DNA of 64,000 nt. It comes from an uncultured Gemmatimonadales bacterium. Its GTDB lineage: Bacteria > Gemmatimonadota > Gemmatimonadetes > Gemmatimonadales > GWC2-71-9. Under the pieces are notes generated by a model. That model was given only the letters and a program-made list of their open reading frames with translations. It ran no database searches and was not told the origin of the DNA. A program made the translations under genes and the position numbers. The stretch is taken from positions 1,472,001 through 1,536,000 of the forward strand of contig CAVSLV010000001.1 in NCBI GenBank assembly GCA_963728915.1. The letters run 5' to 3'. Of the stretch, positions 55,486 to 64,000 are shown piece after piece; position 1 is the first letter of the stretch; each line of letters opens with the position of its first letter.

Positions 55486-56483
55486 CCGCGCCGCTGATCG
55501 AAGCCCACGGGCTGGAAAAGCGGTTCGAACGCCGGGGATTCGGGATCCGTCGCCGGCCCGTGTACGCTCTGAATGGAGTGGACCTCGCCGTCGCGCCCGG
55601 CGAGACCCTGGGCGTGGTGGGCGAGTCGGGATCGGGGAAGTCGACCCTCGCGCGGGTCGTGCTTCGACTGATCGACGCGGATGCGGGTCAGGTGCGGTTC
55701 GAAGGCGTCAACCTGCTGACGCTCCCCCCCCGCGTGCTCCGGCCACTGCGGCGCCGCATGCAGATGGTCTTCCAGGACCCCTACGGTTCGCTCGATCCCC
55801 GCATGACGGTTGGCGAGGCCGTGGCCGAAGGGCTGGAGATTCACCGCCTGGCTCGGGGACCGGCGCGGCGGGAACGGGTGGTTTCCCTGCTCCAGGAAGT
55901 GGGGCTCGAGGCGGCGCTGGCCGCGCGCTATCCCCATCAGCTGAGCGGAGGCCAGCGGCAGCGGGTGGGTATCGCCCGGGCGCTCGCGGTGGATCCGGTC
56001 TTCGTGGTTTGCGACGAGCCGGTCTCCGCGCTCGACGTGTCGGTCCAGGCCCAGGTGCTGAACCTGCTCAAGCGGCTCCAGGAGACCCGCGGGCTGGGCT
56101 ACCTCTTCATCGCGCACGACCTGGCCGTGGTGCGCCAGCTGGCCCACCGGATCGCCGTGATGTATTTCGGGCGGGTGGTGGAGCAGGGCCCAACCGACGC
56201 GGTCATTCATAACCCGCGCCATCCTTATACCCAGGCCCTGCTCTCCGCGGTGCCGGCCCCCGACCCGGTTCGCCGCACCGGACGAATCGTGCTCCGGGGC
56301 GATCCCCCCAAACCGACCACGCTGCCCCGAGGCTGCCCCTTCTATTCCCGGTGTTTTCATCCCCGCAAGGATGCCCGCTGCGTCGAGGAGCGGCCGGTCC
56401 TGCGCCCGGTCGGCGAGACCGTCGCGGCCTGCCACTACGCCGAGGTTCCCGCTACCTCCCCGGGTTCCGCACCCGGATCCTGA
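55482..56483 (+). CDS. Peptide ABC transporter ATP-binding protein (OppF-like)
   Basis: [34 protein letters not shown]. Confidence 0.94.
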   Translation: MTAPLIEAHGLEKRFERRGFGIRRRPVYALNGVDLAVAPGETLGVVGESGSGKSTLARVVLRLIDADAGQVRFEGVNLLTLPPRVLRPLRRRMQMVFQDPYGSLDPRMTVGEAVAEGLEIHRLARGPARRERVVSLLQEVGLEAALAARYPHQLSGGQRQRVGIARALAVDPVFVVCDEPVSALDVSVQAQVLNLLKRLQETRGLGYLFIAHDLAVVRQLAHRIAVMYFGRVVEQGPTDAVIHNPRHPYTQALLSAVPAPDPVRRTGRIVLRGDPPKPTTLPRGCPFYSRCFHPRKDARCVEERPVLRPVGETVAACHYAEVPATSPGSAPGS

Positions 56484-58143
56484 TCGCGCCGGGAGGAAGT
56501 CCAAGCCTGGCCGCGCTGTCGGCCAGGAGGCGAAGCTCCTGGAAGGTGGAGGTTGATCCTCCGCGCATCATCGCCGTATCCGCCGCGGCCGCCGCCTCGG
56601 AATAGTTCCCGAGCATCAGGAGCCCCAGCACCAGATAGTGGCTGGTCACGGACTCCTCCGGCGCCTCGGAGAGGCTCAACCGGAGCTGATGCACCGCCTC
56701 TCCGGTTTCCTCCCGCGCGAACAGCTCGACCGCGAGATCGTTCCGCACCTTCCAGCGTTCCGGATCGGGGGCGAAGTCCAGGGCCCGCTGGTAATAGACC
56801 TCGGCGGAATCGACCCGGCTGGATTGCAGCAGCAGGGAGCCATACCCCAACTGGGTCCGCCAGCTTCGCGGCGCATCCCGGGCGCTCTCCCGGCGAAAGG
56901 TGGCGTCGTCGTGCCAGGCCCGCTGGCGCGCCGCGCTGCGAATGGTCCAACCCAGCAGCACGACGGCCCCGACCAGAGGCGCGACGATGCGCCCCGGATT
57001 CCGGACCGGGAGACTCCCGGTCTTCCCCGCCATCCACGCTACCGCGGCCCCGACGAGGATCACCAGCCCGACGCTGGGAAGGAAGAGCGTCCGTTCCGCC
57101 AGCAGAATTCCGGTCGGGGCGAGGAGATTGCTCACCGGAATCAGGGCGATGGCGATCCAGCCAAGACCGAACGTCACTACCGGCGCACGCTTGCGGGCCA
57201 CCCAGGCCGCGACCACCCCGATGGCCACCAGCAACAGGCCCGCGATCACGAGCCCGGGCTCATGTCCAGGATCGATCTCGGCAGGGGAATAATCCGCCTG
57301 CAAATGGAATGGCCAGGTCAGCAGGCGCATCCACCTTGGCACGACCTGGAGCATCAGCAGGGCGCGGCCCCCGATCCCGACACCTTCGAGCGGCGTGGCC
57401 GCGAAGGTTCCGGTCCAATCACCCAGCACCATGCCCCGAACCGCGATGAATCCCAACCCGAGCGCGGCCAGCCAACCGAATCCTGCGGCGAGCTTTCGCG
57501 GGGATCGAGGCGGGGTCTTCACAATCAGCAGCTCGGCCACGAGGACCAGAGCAGGCAGAACGACTCCATGCTCCTTGGAAAGGCAGGCGGCAAGGTAGAG
57601 CAGGCCCATCCAGACCCAATCCCGCGCGGAGAGGTCGACTCCCGCCCGGCGCCGGTCGAGGTATCGGAGGAGCATGAGCATTCCGAACAGTGCGACCAGC
57701 AATTCCGCCTGGCCCACCGCCAGCGCGATGGCCTCGACGTGAACCGGATGGGCGGCGAAGAGCAATCCCGCGAGGAGTGCCGCGTTCCAGGGGAGCAGCC
57801 GAGTAGCGAGTCGCCAGACCAGGACCGCGACCGCGACAAAAAGAGCGAGGCTCACCAGCCGGAACAGCCATGGTGCGCCTCCCCCGAACCCATGCTCCGT
57901 CGCCAGCAGCAGCGAAGTCAGAGGGCGCCACAGATCCCGAGCGTGGGGCGGGGGCCAGTAAGGTCCGGTCAGGAGATCGCGCCAGTGGGACAGCCCGTGA
58001 AGCCGGTCCGACTCCCCAAGCAGGACGGCGTCGTCCTGCACGAAGCCATTGGCGAGGCCCATCACCGAGGCCAGCAGCGCCACCAGGGCCACCCCGAAGG
58101 GTGCCCCCCATCGGTTCAGCCTCCCTGCTGGCCTATCGAGCAT
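56452..58143 (-). CDS. TMTC-like GT-C membrane glycosyltransferase with C-terminal TPRs
   Basis: FVQDD, WRPL, LFAAHPVHVEAI, SKE, LQADY, AERTLFLPS, TPR tail. Confidence 0.8.
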   Translation of the reverse strand: MLDRPAGRLNRWGAPFGVALVALLASVMGLANGFVQDDAVLLGESDRLHGLSHWRDLLTGPYWPPPHARDLWRPLTSLLLATEHGFGGGAPWLFRLVSLALFVAVAVLVWRLATRLLPWNAALLAGLLFAAHPVHVEAIALAVGQAELLVALFGMLMLLRYLDRRRAGVDLSARDWVWMGLLYLAACLSKEHGVVLPALVLVAELLIVKTPPRSPRKLAAGFGWLAALGLGFIAVRGMVLGDWTGTFAATPLEGVGIGGRALLMLQVVPRWMRLLTWPFHLQADYSPAEIDPGHEPGLVIAGLLLVAIGVVAAWVARKRAPVVTFGLGWIAIALIPVSNLLAPTGILLAERTLFLPSVGLVILVGAAVAWMAGKTGSLPVRNPGRIVAPLVGAVVLLGWTIRSAARQRAWHDDATFRRESARDAPRSWRTQLGYGSLLLQSSRVDSAEVYYQRALDFAPDPERWKVRNDLAVELFAREETGEAVHQLRLSLSEAPEESVTSHYLVLGLLMLGNYSEAAAAADTAMMRGGSTSTFQELRLLADSAARLGLPPGAIRIRVRNPGR

Positions 58144-58166
58144 GAGGAAAGGTAGCTTTCTCCGCC

Positions 58167-58958
58167 ATGGGCCTGCCTGCCTACCTGGTCGATGCTTTCA
58201 CGAGCGAAGCCTTCGCCGGAAACCCCGCCGGGGTCGTGCTGCTCGATGCCCCCAGGGCCGAGAAGTGGATGCAGGCGGTGGCGCGGGAGATGAACCAGGC
58301 CGAGACCGCGTTCGCCCTTCCCCGGGAGCAGGGATACGATCTGCGATGGTTCACCCCGGCCGTCGAGGTGGACCTCTGCGGGCACGCGACCCTGGCAACG
58401 GCCCATGTGCTGTGGGAGGAGAACCAGCTCGCCCAGGCCGATCCGGTGCGCTTTCACACCCGGAGCGGCATCCTCGCCGTGGCCCGGACCGAGCAGGGAA
58501 TCACGATGGACTTTCCCGCAACCCCGCCCGAGCCCGCCGAGACGCCTCCCGGCCTGCTCGACGCGCTCGGCCTAACCCGCGGGGACGTGCTCCGCAGCCG
58601 GTTCGACTACCTGGTCGTCATGGACGATCCGGCCGCTCTCCGCAAGCTGACCCCGACCCTCGACGGGCTCCGGAAGATCAAGACCCGCGGCGTCATCGTC
58701 ACCTGCCCATCGGATCGCAAGGAATTCGATTTCCTCTCCCGGTTCTTCGGGCCTCAGATCGGCGTCGACGAGGATCCGGTCACCGGTTCAGCCCACTGCG
58801 CCCTCGCCCCGTACTGGGCGGGCCGCCTCGGACGGAACCGCCTGACCGGCTTCCAGGCGTCGCCGCGGGGAGGTGTCATAGGGGTCGAAGTGGCGGGTGA
58901 CCGGGTCCTGCTGAGCGGCACGGCGGTGACGGTGCTGCGGGCCTCCCTCGCGGTCTAG
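58167..58958 (+). CDS. PhzF-family isomerase
   Basis: VDAF...GNPA, ETAF, EVDLCGHATLA, EDPVTGSAHC. Confidence 0.95.
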   Translation: MGLPAYLVDAFTSEAFAGNPAGVVLLDAPRAEKWMQAVAREMNQAETAFALPREQGYDLRWFTPAVEVDLCGHATLATAHVLWEENQLAQADPVRFHTRSGILAVARTEQGITMDFPATPPEPAETPPGLLDALGLTRGDVLRSRFDYLVVMDDPAALRKLTPTLDGLRKIKTRGVIVTCPSDRKEFDFLSRFFGPQIGVDEDPVTGSAHCALAPYWAGRLGRNRLTGFQASPRGGVIGVEVAGDRVLLSGTAVTVLRASLAV

Positions 58959-59279
58959 CTACAACTTCAGGAAGAAAACCAGCGCCAGCGCGGCGGCGGC
59001 GGCGAGCCCCTGCAACGCCAGGACAACCAGGGTCGCCTGCCGGCGAACCGGCCACCACTTGGCCGCGAAGAGTACCATGAGGGGCACCTGGAGCACCATG
59101 AACAACTGAAACAGATGGGCTTCGGTGCCTTCGTCGGCCTCCACGCGGGTTCCGAATCGCGCGAGGTGGACGAGCACCATGCCGATACAAAAGAGCGGCA
59201 GCAGAATCGGCGCCAGCGTCAGCGGCGATCCCAGCATGGAGCGCCGGTTGGGCGGGACGATCATGTCGGGCTCGCTCAC
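58959..59279 (-). CDS. Small membrane protein (3 TM)
   Basis: DEGTEAHLFQL motif between TM helices; GTGA overlap with the upstream gene. Confidence 0.65.
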   Translation of the reverse strand: MSEPDMIVPPNRRSMLGSPLTLAPILLPLFCIGMVLVHLARFGTRVEADEGTEAHLFQLFMVLQVPLMVLFAAKWWPVRRQATLVVLALQGLAAAAALALVFFLKL

Positions 59280-59845
59280 CCGGCAGGAAGGGCCAGCCGG
59301 GTGTGACGCTGTACCAGCGGGTTGCCCGCCCCGGGAACCAGATAGTCGAGTCCGGATTTCCATGTCACCATGAGGCTCGCACCCGCCGGATTCACTTCCT
59401 GGGGAAACCGGAGCGCCTGCTCCCAGCTCTCACCCGGACCGAGCGGCCGGTGGGGCACCTCGTTCATCACCGGGTAGTGTCGTCCCTGGGCATCCACCAG
59501 AGTGAAGGCCAGGAGCTCGGGCCACTCCGGCGCCTCCACCGCATTGCTACTGAACCGAACCACGACCTCGCCGGCATGGGCATCGCTCACCTGGACGTGA
59601 AGGTGGCAGTCGAGCCCGCAGAATCGCACCGCCTGGCCGGGAGGGAGGACCCGATCCCGCGCGAGCAGCAGGCCGACCCCGAAGAAAAATCCGTACACCG
59701 CCAACGCCCCGCCTGCCGTAACCATAGCGACGCGAACGAAGAACCAGCTTCCCCGGATTCCCGCCAGAATCGCGAGCACCAGCGCCGCCGCGACAGTCCC
59801 TCCGGTCGCCACGGTCAGCAGTTCACCCAGAAACGGTGGCAGCAT
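59276..59845 (-). CDS. Membrane-anchored hypothetical protein
   Basis: 2 TM helices, then FCGLDCHL and a beta-rich domain. Confidence 0.65.
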   Translation of the reverse strand: MLPPFLGELLTVATGGTVAAALVLAILAGIRGSWFFVRVAMVTAGGALAVYGFFFGVGLLLARDRVLPPGQAVRFCGLDCHLHVQVSDAHAGEVVVRFSSNAVEAPEWPELLAFTLVDAQGRHYPVMNEVPHRPLGPGESWEQALRFPQEVNPAGASLMVTWKSGLDYLVPGAGNPLVQRHTRLALPAG

Positions 59846-60577
59846 CTATCCAATCCTCCTCGCGGACATTTCACCGGTTGAGATGTCGGCGACGCCGCCA
59901 AACCTCCGCTGGCGCCGCTCGAATTCACCGATGATCTCTCCCAGCTCCGCCACGCCGAACTCGGGCCACATGGTCGCCCGGAAGAACAGTTCGGCATAGG
60001 CGCACTCCCAGAGCAGAAAATCCGACAGCCGGCATTCGCCCCCGGTCCGGATCAGCAGGTCCACCGGCGGGACCGGCCGCCCTCGTGGCTCGAGAAGCGC
60101 TTCGAACCTGGACCGGTCCGGCGGTTCGGGCTCCCTGGCGAGCCGAAGAGCGGCCTCCAGGATGGCGTTCCGTGCCGAGTAGTCCACCGCCAGGCGGAGC
60201 CGCAACGTCGCCCCTCCCCGGGTCGCCTCCTCGGTCCGCTCGATCTCCCGAACCAGGACGGCCGGAAGCCGGTCCCGGCGCCCGACGACTTCCACCGCGA
60301 CGCCGTTGGCCAGGGCCCGGCCCCGCTCCCGCCGGAGATGGACCCGGAGCAGCCGCATCAGGGCCGTCACTTCCGGCATCGGGCGGCTCCAGTTGTCGCT
60401 GGAGAAGGCGTACAGCGTCAGCACACCGATTCCTAACCCGGAGGCCGCCTCGATGATGCGCTCGGCGGCCCGGCCTCCGGCCTCGTGGCCGCGCACCCGG
60501 CTCCAGCCCCGCCGCTCCGCCCACCGGCCATTCCCGTCCATGATGATCGCCGCGTGAAGCCGCCCGCTTTGTTTCAC
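59846..60577 (-). CDS. uppS: cis-Isoprenyl (undecaprenyl) diphosphate synthase paralogue
   Basis: AAGGAG RBS + GTG 60577; [41 protein letters not shown]. Confidence 0.92.
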   Translation of the reverse strand: MKQSGRLHAAIIMDGNGRWAERRGWSRVRGHEAGGRAAERIIEAASGLGIGVLTLYAFSSDNWSRPMPEVTALMRLLRVHLRRERGRALANGVAVEVVGRRDRLPAVLVREIERTEEATRGGATLRLRLAVDYSARNAILEAALRLAREPEPPDRSRFEALLEPRGRPVPPVDLLIRTGGECRLSDFLLWECAYAELFFRATMWPEFGVAELGEIIGEFERRQRRFGGVADISTGEMSARRIG

Positions 60578-60582
60578 AAAGT
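60566..60582. promoter_or_regulatory. Palindromic operator candidate CTTTG-N5-CAAAG over the uppS start
   Basis: GCTTTG-TTTCA-CAAAGT; matches 61702-61718. Confidence 0.5.
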
Positions 60583-60599
60583 CTCCTTGCAAAAAAAAA

Positions 60600-61061
60600 T
60601 CAGGCCCCGCCCCGGGTGGTCCGGATCAGGGCTTCCATGTGAGAGAGGTAGCGCTCCAGGGTCTCCCGACCCGTCGCGGTCAGCCGGTATTCGGTGCGAG
60701 GGGTCCGCCCCGCGAACGACTTGAGGCACTCCACATAACCCGCCTCTTCGAGCCGGCGGGCATGCACGCTCAGGTTCCCGTCGGTGACCTTGAGCAGCGC
60801 CTTGAGCTCGTTGAAAGACAGGGCGCGATTGACCGCCAGCGCGCTGACGATGCCCAGCCGGACCCGCTCGTGGATGACCCGGTCGAGGGCGGACGGTGAG
60901 GACAGCGAGGTCGGGGAGGTCAGAGATGACCGACGACGAGAAGGGCCCTCCGATCGGGAGTCGGGTCCCGACCGCTCCGACCGCTCCGACCTCTCCGACC
61001 TCTCCGACCTCTCCGACCTCTCCGACCTCTCCGACCTCTCCGACCGCCCCGCCTTAGCCAC
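60600..61061 (-). CDS. Winged-HTH transcriptional regulator with a (Ser-Glu-Arg)n N-terminal expansion
   Basis: [42 protein letters not shown]. Confidence 0.9.
   Translation of the reverse strand: MAKAGRSERSERSERSERSERSERSERSERSGPDSRSEGPSRRRSSLTSPTSLSSPSALDRVIHERVRLGIVSALAVNRALSFNELKALLKVTDGNLSVHARRLEEAGYVECLKSFAGRTPRTEYRLTATGRETLERYLSHMEALIRTTRGGA
60969..61046. repeat. 9-bp tandem repeat (TCCGACCTC variants, about 8 copies), in frame
   Basis: ccgaccgctccgaccgctccgacctctccgacctc... Confidence 0.9.
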
Positions 61062-61662
61062 CGTATTTCCTCGCAATCAGAAACCCGAATCCCAGGTGAA
61101 GACCACCGAAGCCGAGCGCCATCCAGAGGTTCCCCCACGGGCCGGGTGAGAACAGCGCCGCGGCGCCCAGCACCATGAAGCTCATCCCGAGCAGCGGAAC
61201 CACCCGGATCGAATGGGAACCCGCCGTGGTCACCGCGGTACCGTACAGCAGCAACCAGACGCCGGGAAGCCGGGGAACCATCCCGGCGCGATAGAAGAAA
61301 GCGGTCAGCAGGGCCCCGGCAAGGAGCGCTGGGACGAAGGCCCGGATAAACAGCCGACCCGACCCCGTCAGCAGCGGGGTCCGGCTCAGCTCGGCTTTCC
61401 GGACCATGGTGATCCCACCCAGGCCCAGGGCCACCACGGCCTCCCCGAGCCAGACCGCCAGCCATTCTGCGTAGGAGCCCTGCCGAGACGCGATCCAGGC
61501 GGCAATCAGGGCGGTCGCCCCCATGCCGATTCCACCCCAGCCAGGAACCGAGGTGACCGTCCCGGCCCGGGCCATGGTATCGCGGATGAAGGACAGATCC
61601 GCGATCGCCCGATCCTCGAGCCGGATCGGCTCCCTTGCCGGCTGCGCCCGTCGCAATCCCAT
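61054..61662 (-). CDS. Membrane protein (about 6 TM)
   Basis: A..DLSFIRDTM, VPGWG, WLLLYG, GFGGLHLGFG..IARKYGG. Confidence 0.8.
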   Translation of the reverse strand: MGLRRAQPAREPIRLEDRAIADLSFIRDTMARAGTVTSVPGWGGIGMGATALIAAWIASRQGSYAEWLAVWLGEAVVALGLGGITMVRKAELSRTPLLTGSGRLFIRAFVPALLAGALLTAFFYRAGMVPRLPGVWLLLYGTAVTTAGSHSIRVVPLLGMSFMVLGAAALFSPGPWGNLWMALGFGGLHLGFGFLIARKYGG

Positions 61663-61701
61663 AGGAACTCAAAGATAGCGTTTGATGGCCGGTCGTCAAG
61701 T

Positions 61702-61718
61702 ACTTTGTATTGCAAAGT
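61702..61718. promoter_or_regulatory. Palindromic operator candidate upstream of the membrane protein-regulator-uppS operon
   Basis: ACTTTG-TATTG-CAAAGT in an AT-rich spot 40 bp before the ATG. Confidence 0.6.
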
Positions 61719-61739
61719 CAGGCAGGGTCCCCGTTCAAT

Positions 61740-61820
61740 CTGTCCCCCTGTCCCCCTGTCCCCCTGTCCCCTCGTCCACCCGTCCGCCTGTCCGCCTGTC
61801 CGCCCGTCCGCCCGTCCGTC
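61740..61820 (-). repeat. 8-bp tandem repeats (CTGTCCCC)n followed by (CCGTCCGC/CTGTCCGC)n
   Basis: Read directly; the second block is the reverse complement of the GGCGGACA family. Confidence 0.8.
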
Positions 61821-61833
61821 TTATTTTCTGTTC

Positions 61834-62991
61834 ATGGCCTCCCCTCAGGTCCAGGCAGTCAAGACGGCCTCCCGGGTCGGAGAGGCGGCCCACGAACGGC
61901 CCGGCTCCATTCTCCATCCGGTGGTGGACTTCCTCTGCGCCGGCGGGCTCTCCATCCTGGTGATCGTCCCGCTCCTTCTCTCGGGCCGGGAAGACATCAG
62001 TTTTCTCGCGATCGGCGCCCTGGTCTGGGCCCAGTACCTCCTCAACTATTCCCATTTCATGGCCTCCTACCGGCTCATCTACCGGAACCGGGAGACCATG
62101 CTGGCCCACAAGTGGGCTGCCTTCGGCATTCCCCTTCTGCTCTTCGGATACGCGACGGTCGCGTTTTCCCGGGCGCAAGCGGGCAGTCCCCAGCTCATGG
62201 GAATCCTGGTCGCGGTGGCCAGCGCCTACCTCGCCTGGCACTACACCGGCCAGGCCTGGGGAATGATGGCATCCTACAGTTACGTGGCCGGGATCCGCTT
62301 CGAGAAGGTCGAGCGGGTGCTGGTTCGGGGGGGTCTCCGCATCCTGCTGGCCTGGCACGTGGTGTGGTTTGCCCGGACCTGGTTCAGTCAGACCCGGCTC
62401 GCCGAGCCGTTCTGGCTGCTGCCCCTGTACCAGGCGATCAGCGCGGCGTCGATCCTGGCCTTGCTGCTGGGGGCGGGCGGGTTAGGAAAGGTCTGGCTCC
62501 GTACCGGCCGGTTTCCCCCCGCCCGGGCTCTGGCGGCCTGGTTCGCGATCTTCGTCTGGTACGCGGCCATTGCCCGCTGGGGACTCCCGGCCCTGCTCCT
62601 GCTGGTGCAGCCCGCCCACGCACTTCAGTACATCGAGTTCCCTATCCGGGTGGAGATGAACCGGGCCGCCCGGAAGGGGGCCGGCCGGGTCGCCGCGCAC
62701 ATGGCGCTCTATCTCGGGGTGCTGATGCTGGTGTCCTTCGTGGTGATTCTGCTGGTACCCGGCCCGGCCATGAGCGTGGTGGCGGGGTTCCTCGGACTGG
62801 AGCCCCAGAAAGCGGCTCCCCTGCTCCTCCTGACCTTCATCAACATCCACCACTACTTCACCGACGGGGTCGCCTGGAAACTCAGCAACCCCGCGGTCCG
62901 AAAAGACCTCTTCGCGCATCTGGCTCCGGCAGAAGGGCCGCGCTCCGTCGCCACCGGAAGGGCCGCTGGATCCCGGAGACCCGGGAGGTAG
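61834..62991 (+). CDS. Multi-TM membrane protein with spaced His motifs
   Basis: NYSHF, WHYTGQ, HALQY, IHHYFTDG..WK. Confidence 0.75.
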   Translation: MASPQVQAVKTASRVGEAAHERPGSILHPVVDFLCAGGLSILVIVPLLLSGREDISFLAIGALVWAQYLLNYSHFMASYRLIYRNRETMLAHKWAAFGIPLLLFGYATVAFSRAQAGSPQLMGILVAVASAYLAWHYTGQAWGMMASYSYVAGIRFEKVERVLVRGGLRILLAWHVVWFARTWFSQTRLAEPFWLLPLYQAISAASILALLLGAGGLGKVWLRTGRFPPARALAAWFAIFVWYAAIARWGLPALLLLVQPAHALQYIEFPIRVEMNRAARKGAGRVAAHMALYLGVLMLVSFVVILLVPGPAMSVVAGFLGLEPQKAAPLLLLTFINIHHYFTDGVAWKLSNPAVRKDLFAHLAPAEGPRSVATGRAAGSRRPGR

Positions 62992-63000
62992 ACCAGCCGG

Positions 63001-63459
63001 TCAGGGTTTCCCCTTGTACATCACCACCAGAATCGCGCCTCCCTCATTCCGGGGCCCCAGCTCGTTTTCGGCTTCGGTCGCCGTGAGGTAACGGACTTCC
63101 TGAACCGCGTTGGTATTGATGCCTTTGAGGAATTCCAGATCTCCCGATCGGGTCCCATCGACGTAGACGGTGGGTTGGGCGTTGAGCGCCGACGAACCGC
63201 CGGACCCGGCCGCCGGCATGGATCCGGGACTTGAGGATCCCTGTCCGATACCGGTGGTCCGGATTCCCCGACTGTTCACCTGGAGGAATTGCGGCCGCAG
63301 GCTCCGGATCGCGTCATAGAGGACCGAGTAGCGGTCGCCAGCCTCGACCAGCTCCTCTCGGCTGATGCGGTTGCGCTCCTTCTTGGGAGCCTTCTGGGCG
63401 TGCAGACCCACCGGAATGGCGAGAGCGGTCAGCACAAAAGCGACGCGCAGGTTCTTCAT
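63001..63459 (-). CDS. Secreted hypothetical protein (TonB plug-like)
   Basis: GGAGG RBS, signal peptide; YDAIRSLRP...PTVYVDG...VQEVRYL...GGAILV. Confidence 0.7.
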   Translation of the reverse strand: MKNLRVAFVLTALAIPVGLHAQKAPKKERNRISREELVEAGDRYSVLYDAIRSLRPQFLQVNSRGIRTTGIGQGSSSPGSMPAAGSGGSSALNAQPTVYVDGTRSGDLEFLKGINTNAVQEVRYLTATEAENELGPRNEGGAILVVMYKGKP

Positions 63460-63497
63460 CGAGCCCTCCTTCGGATCGACCCAAACTACCCAGAAAG

Positions 63498-63533
63498 CAA
63501 CGGGCCGTCGAGGCTTTCCTCGACGGCCCGTTG
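63498..63533 (-). terminator. Perfect 16-bp stem-loop terminator
   Basis: CAACGGGCCGTCGAGG-CTTT-CCTCGACGGCCCGTTG, downstream of the last gene. Confidence 0.7.
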
Positions 63534-63552
63534 ATCTGGACTCAGCGAGCGA

Positions 63553-64000
63553 TTACTGGGCCGGGGCGCACAGGGCGCAGGTTCGCGGCGGACGCCGGTC
63601 GAACCCGAAGATGAAGCCCGGGGTGGTGAAGTTGCTTGCCGTGCTGCCGGACACCGACCGCGGCGCGAAAATGCCGACCATCGCTGAACCGGCGATGTTG
63701 ACTCCCGGAATCGCCTCGTGGTCCACGTCCTGAGCGGTCCCCGCGGGGGCCGCGCCCGTCGCCAGCGCGGCCGTCACGCCCACGTTGGTGGCGTTGAAGG
63801 TGATCGTGGCGCTCGGACTGATGTTCACGTACGAGGACGACGAAAGCGCCGGGACGTTGGCCCAGGTCGGGCTCGCCGGGGCGCCCGCCGAGGTCACATA
63901 CGCCCGCCCGTCAATGGCTGCGCCGCTCGCGTTGATGATCCGGAGCGCGACCTGGGTGCCCGGATCGGCCGGATCGTCGGTCAGCATGTCCACCCGCATC
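63553..64000 (-). CDS. 3' part of an exported protein (DUF4397-like); 5' end outside the window
   Basis: Open frame to the window edge; ALRIINA and SSSYV motifs. Confidence 0.6.
   Translation of the reverse strand, partial: MRVDMLTDDPADPGTQVALRIINASGAAIDGRAYVTSAGAPASPTWANVPALSSSSYVNISPSATITFNATNVGVTAALATGAAPAGTAQDVDHEAIPGVNIAGSAMVGIFAPRSVSGSTASNFTTPGFIFGFDRRPPRTCALCAPAQ

Noticed and set aside
60969..61046. Tandem repeats (here and at 46175, 61740) as a CRISPR array
   Set aside because: 8-9-bp units with no unique spacers, and no cas genes.

Overview
GC-rich bacterial chromosome segment. Gene content and style suggest Gemmatimonadota (inference, no search run). Most of it is housekeeping: recF-DUF721-gyrB, pdp, ligA, a tldD/tldE-like pair, acyl-CoA ligase, PTPS/queD-folE-SDR, tdk, coaE, gcvH-gcvP-lipoyl ligase, a five-gene peptide ABC transporter, PhzF and a uppS paralogue operon. 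The left edge holds a truncated [NiFe]-hydrogenase small subunit (missed by the ORF track), a multiply frameshifted glpK and a Cu nitrite reductase (nirK). Three things stand out. (1) An accessory block at about 22.5-34.7 kb is bracketed by toxin-antitoxin modules. It contains a TonB-dependent receptor, an outer-membrane barrel and a ~3.02-kb tandem duplication. Each repeat unit encodes a membrane-anchored CxxC redoxin, a secreted 6-Cys defensin-like (CxxxC...CCxC) acidic peptide and a convergent DUF4876-like lipoprotein; the outer arms are nearly identical, while the mature peptide and lipoprotein C-terminus have diverged. (2) An archaeal-style nurA-herA-mre11-rad50 cluster has a 380-bp herA-mre11 spacer holding two inverted, diverged copies of a ~115-nt hairpin with an identically spaced 48-nt conserved core. 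(3) A ~165-nt long hairpin plus terminator lies upstream of the pterin operon. No CRISPR array, tRNA, rRNA, integrase or transposase was recognised. All family assignments come from motif recognition by eye and need HMM confirmation.
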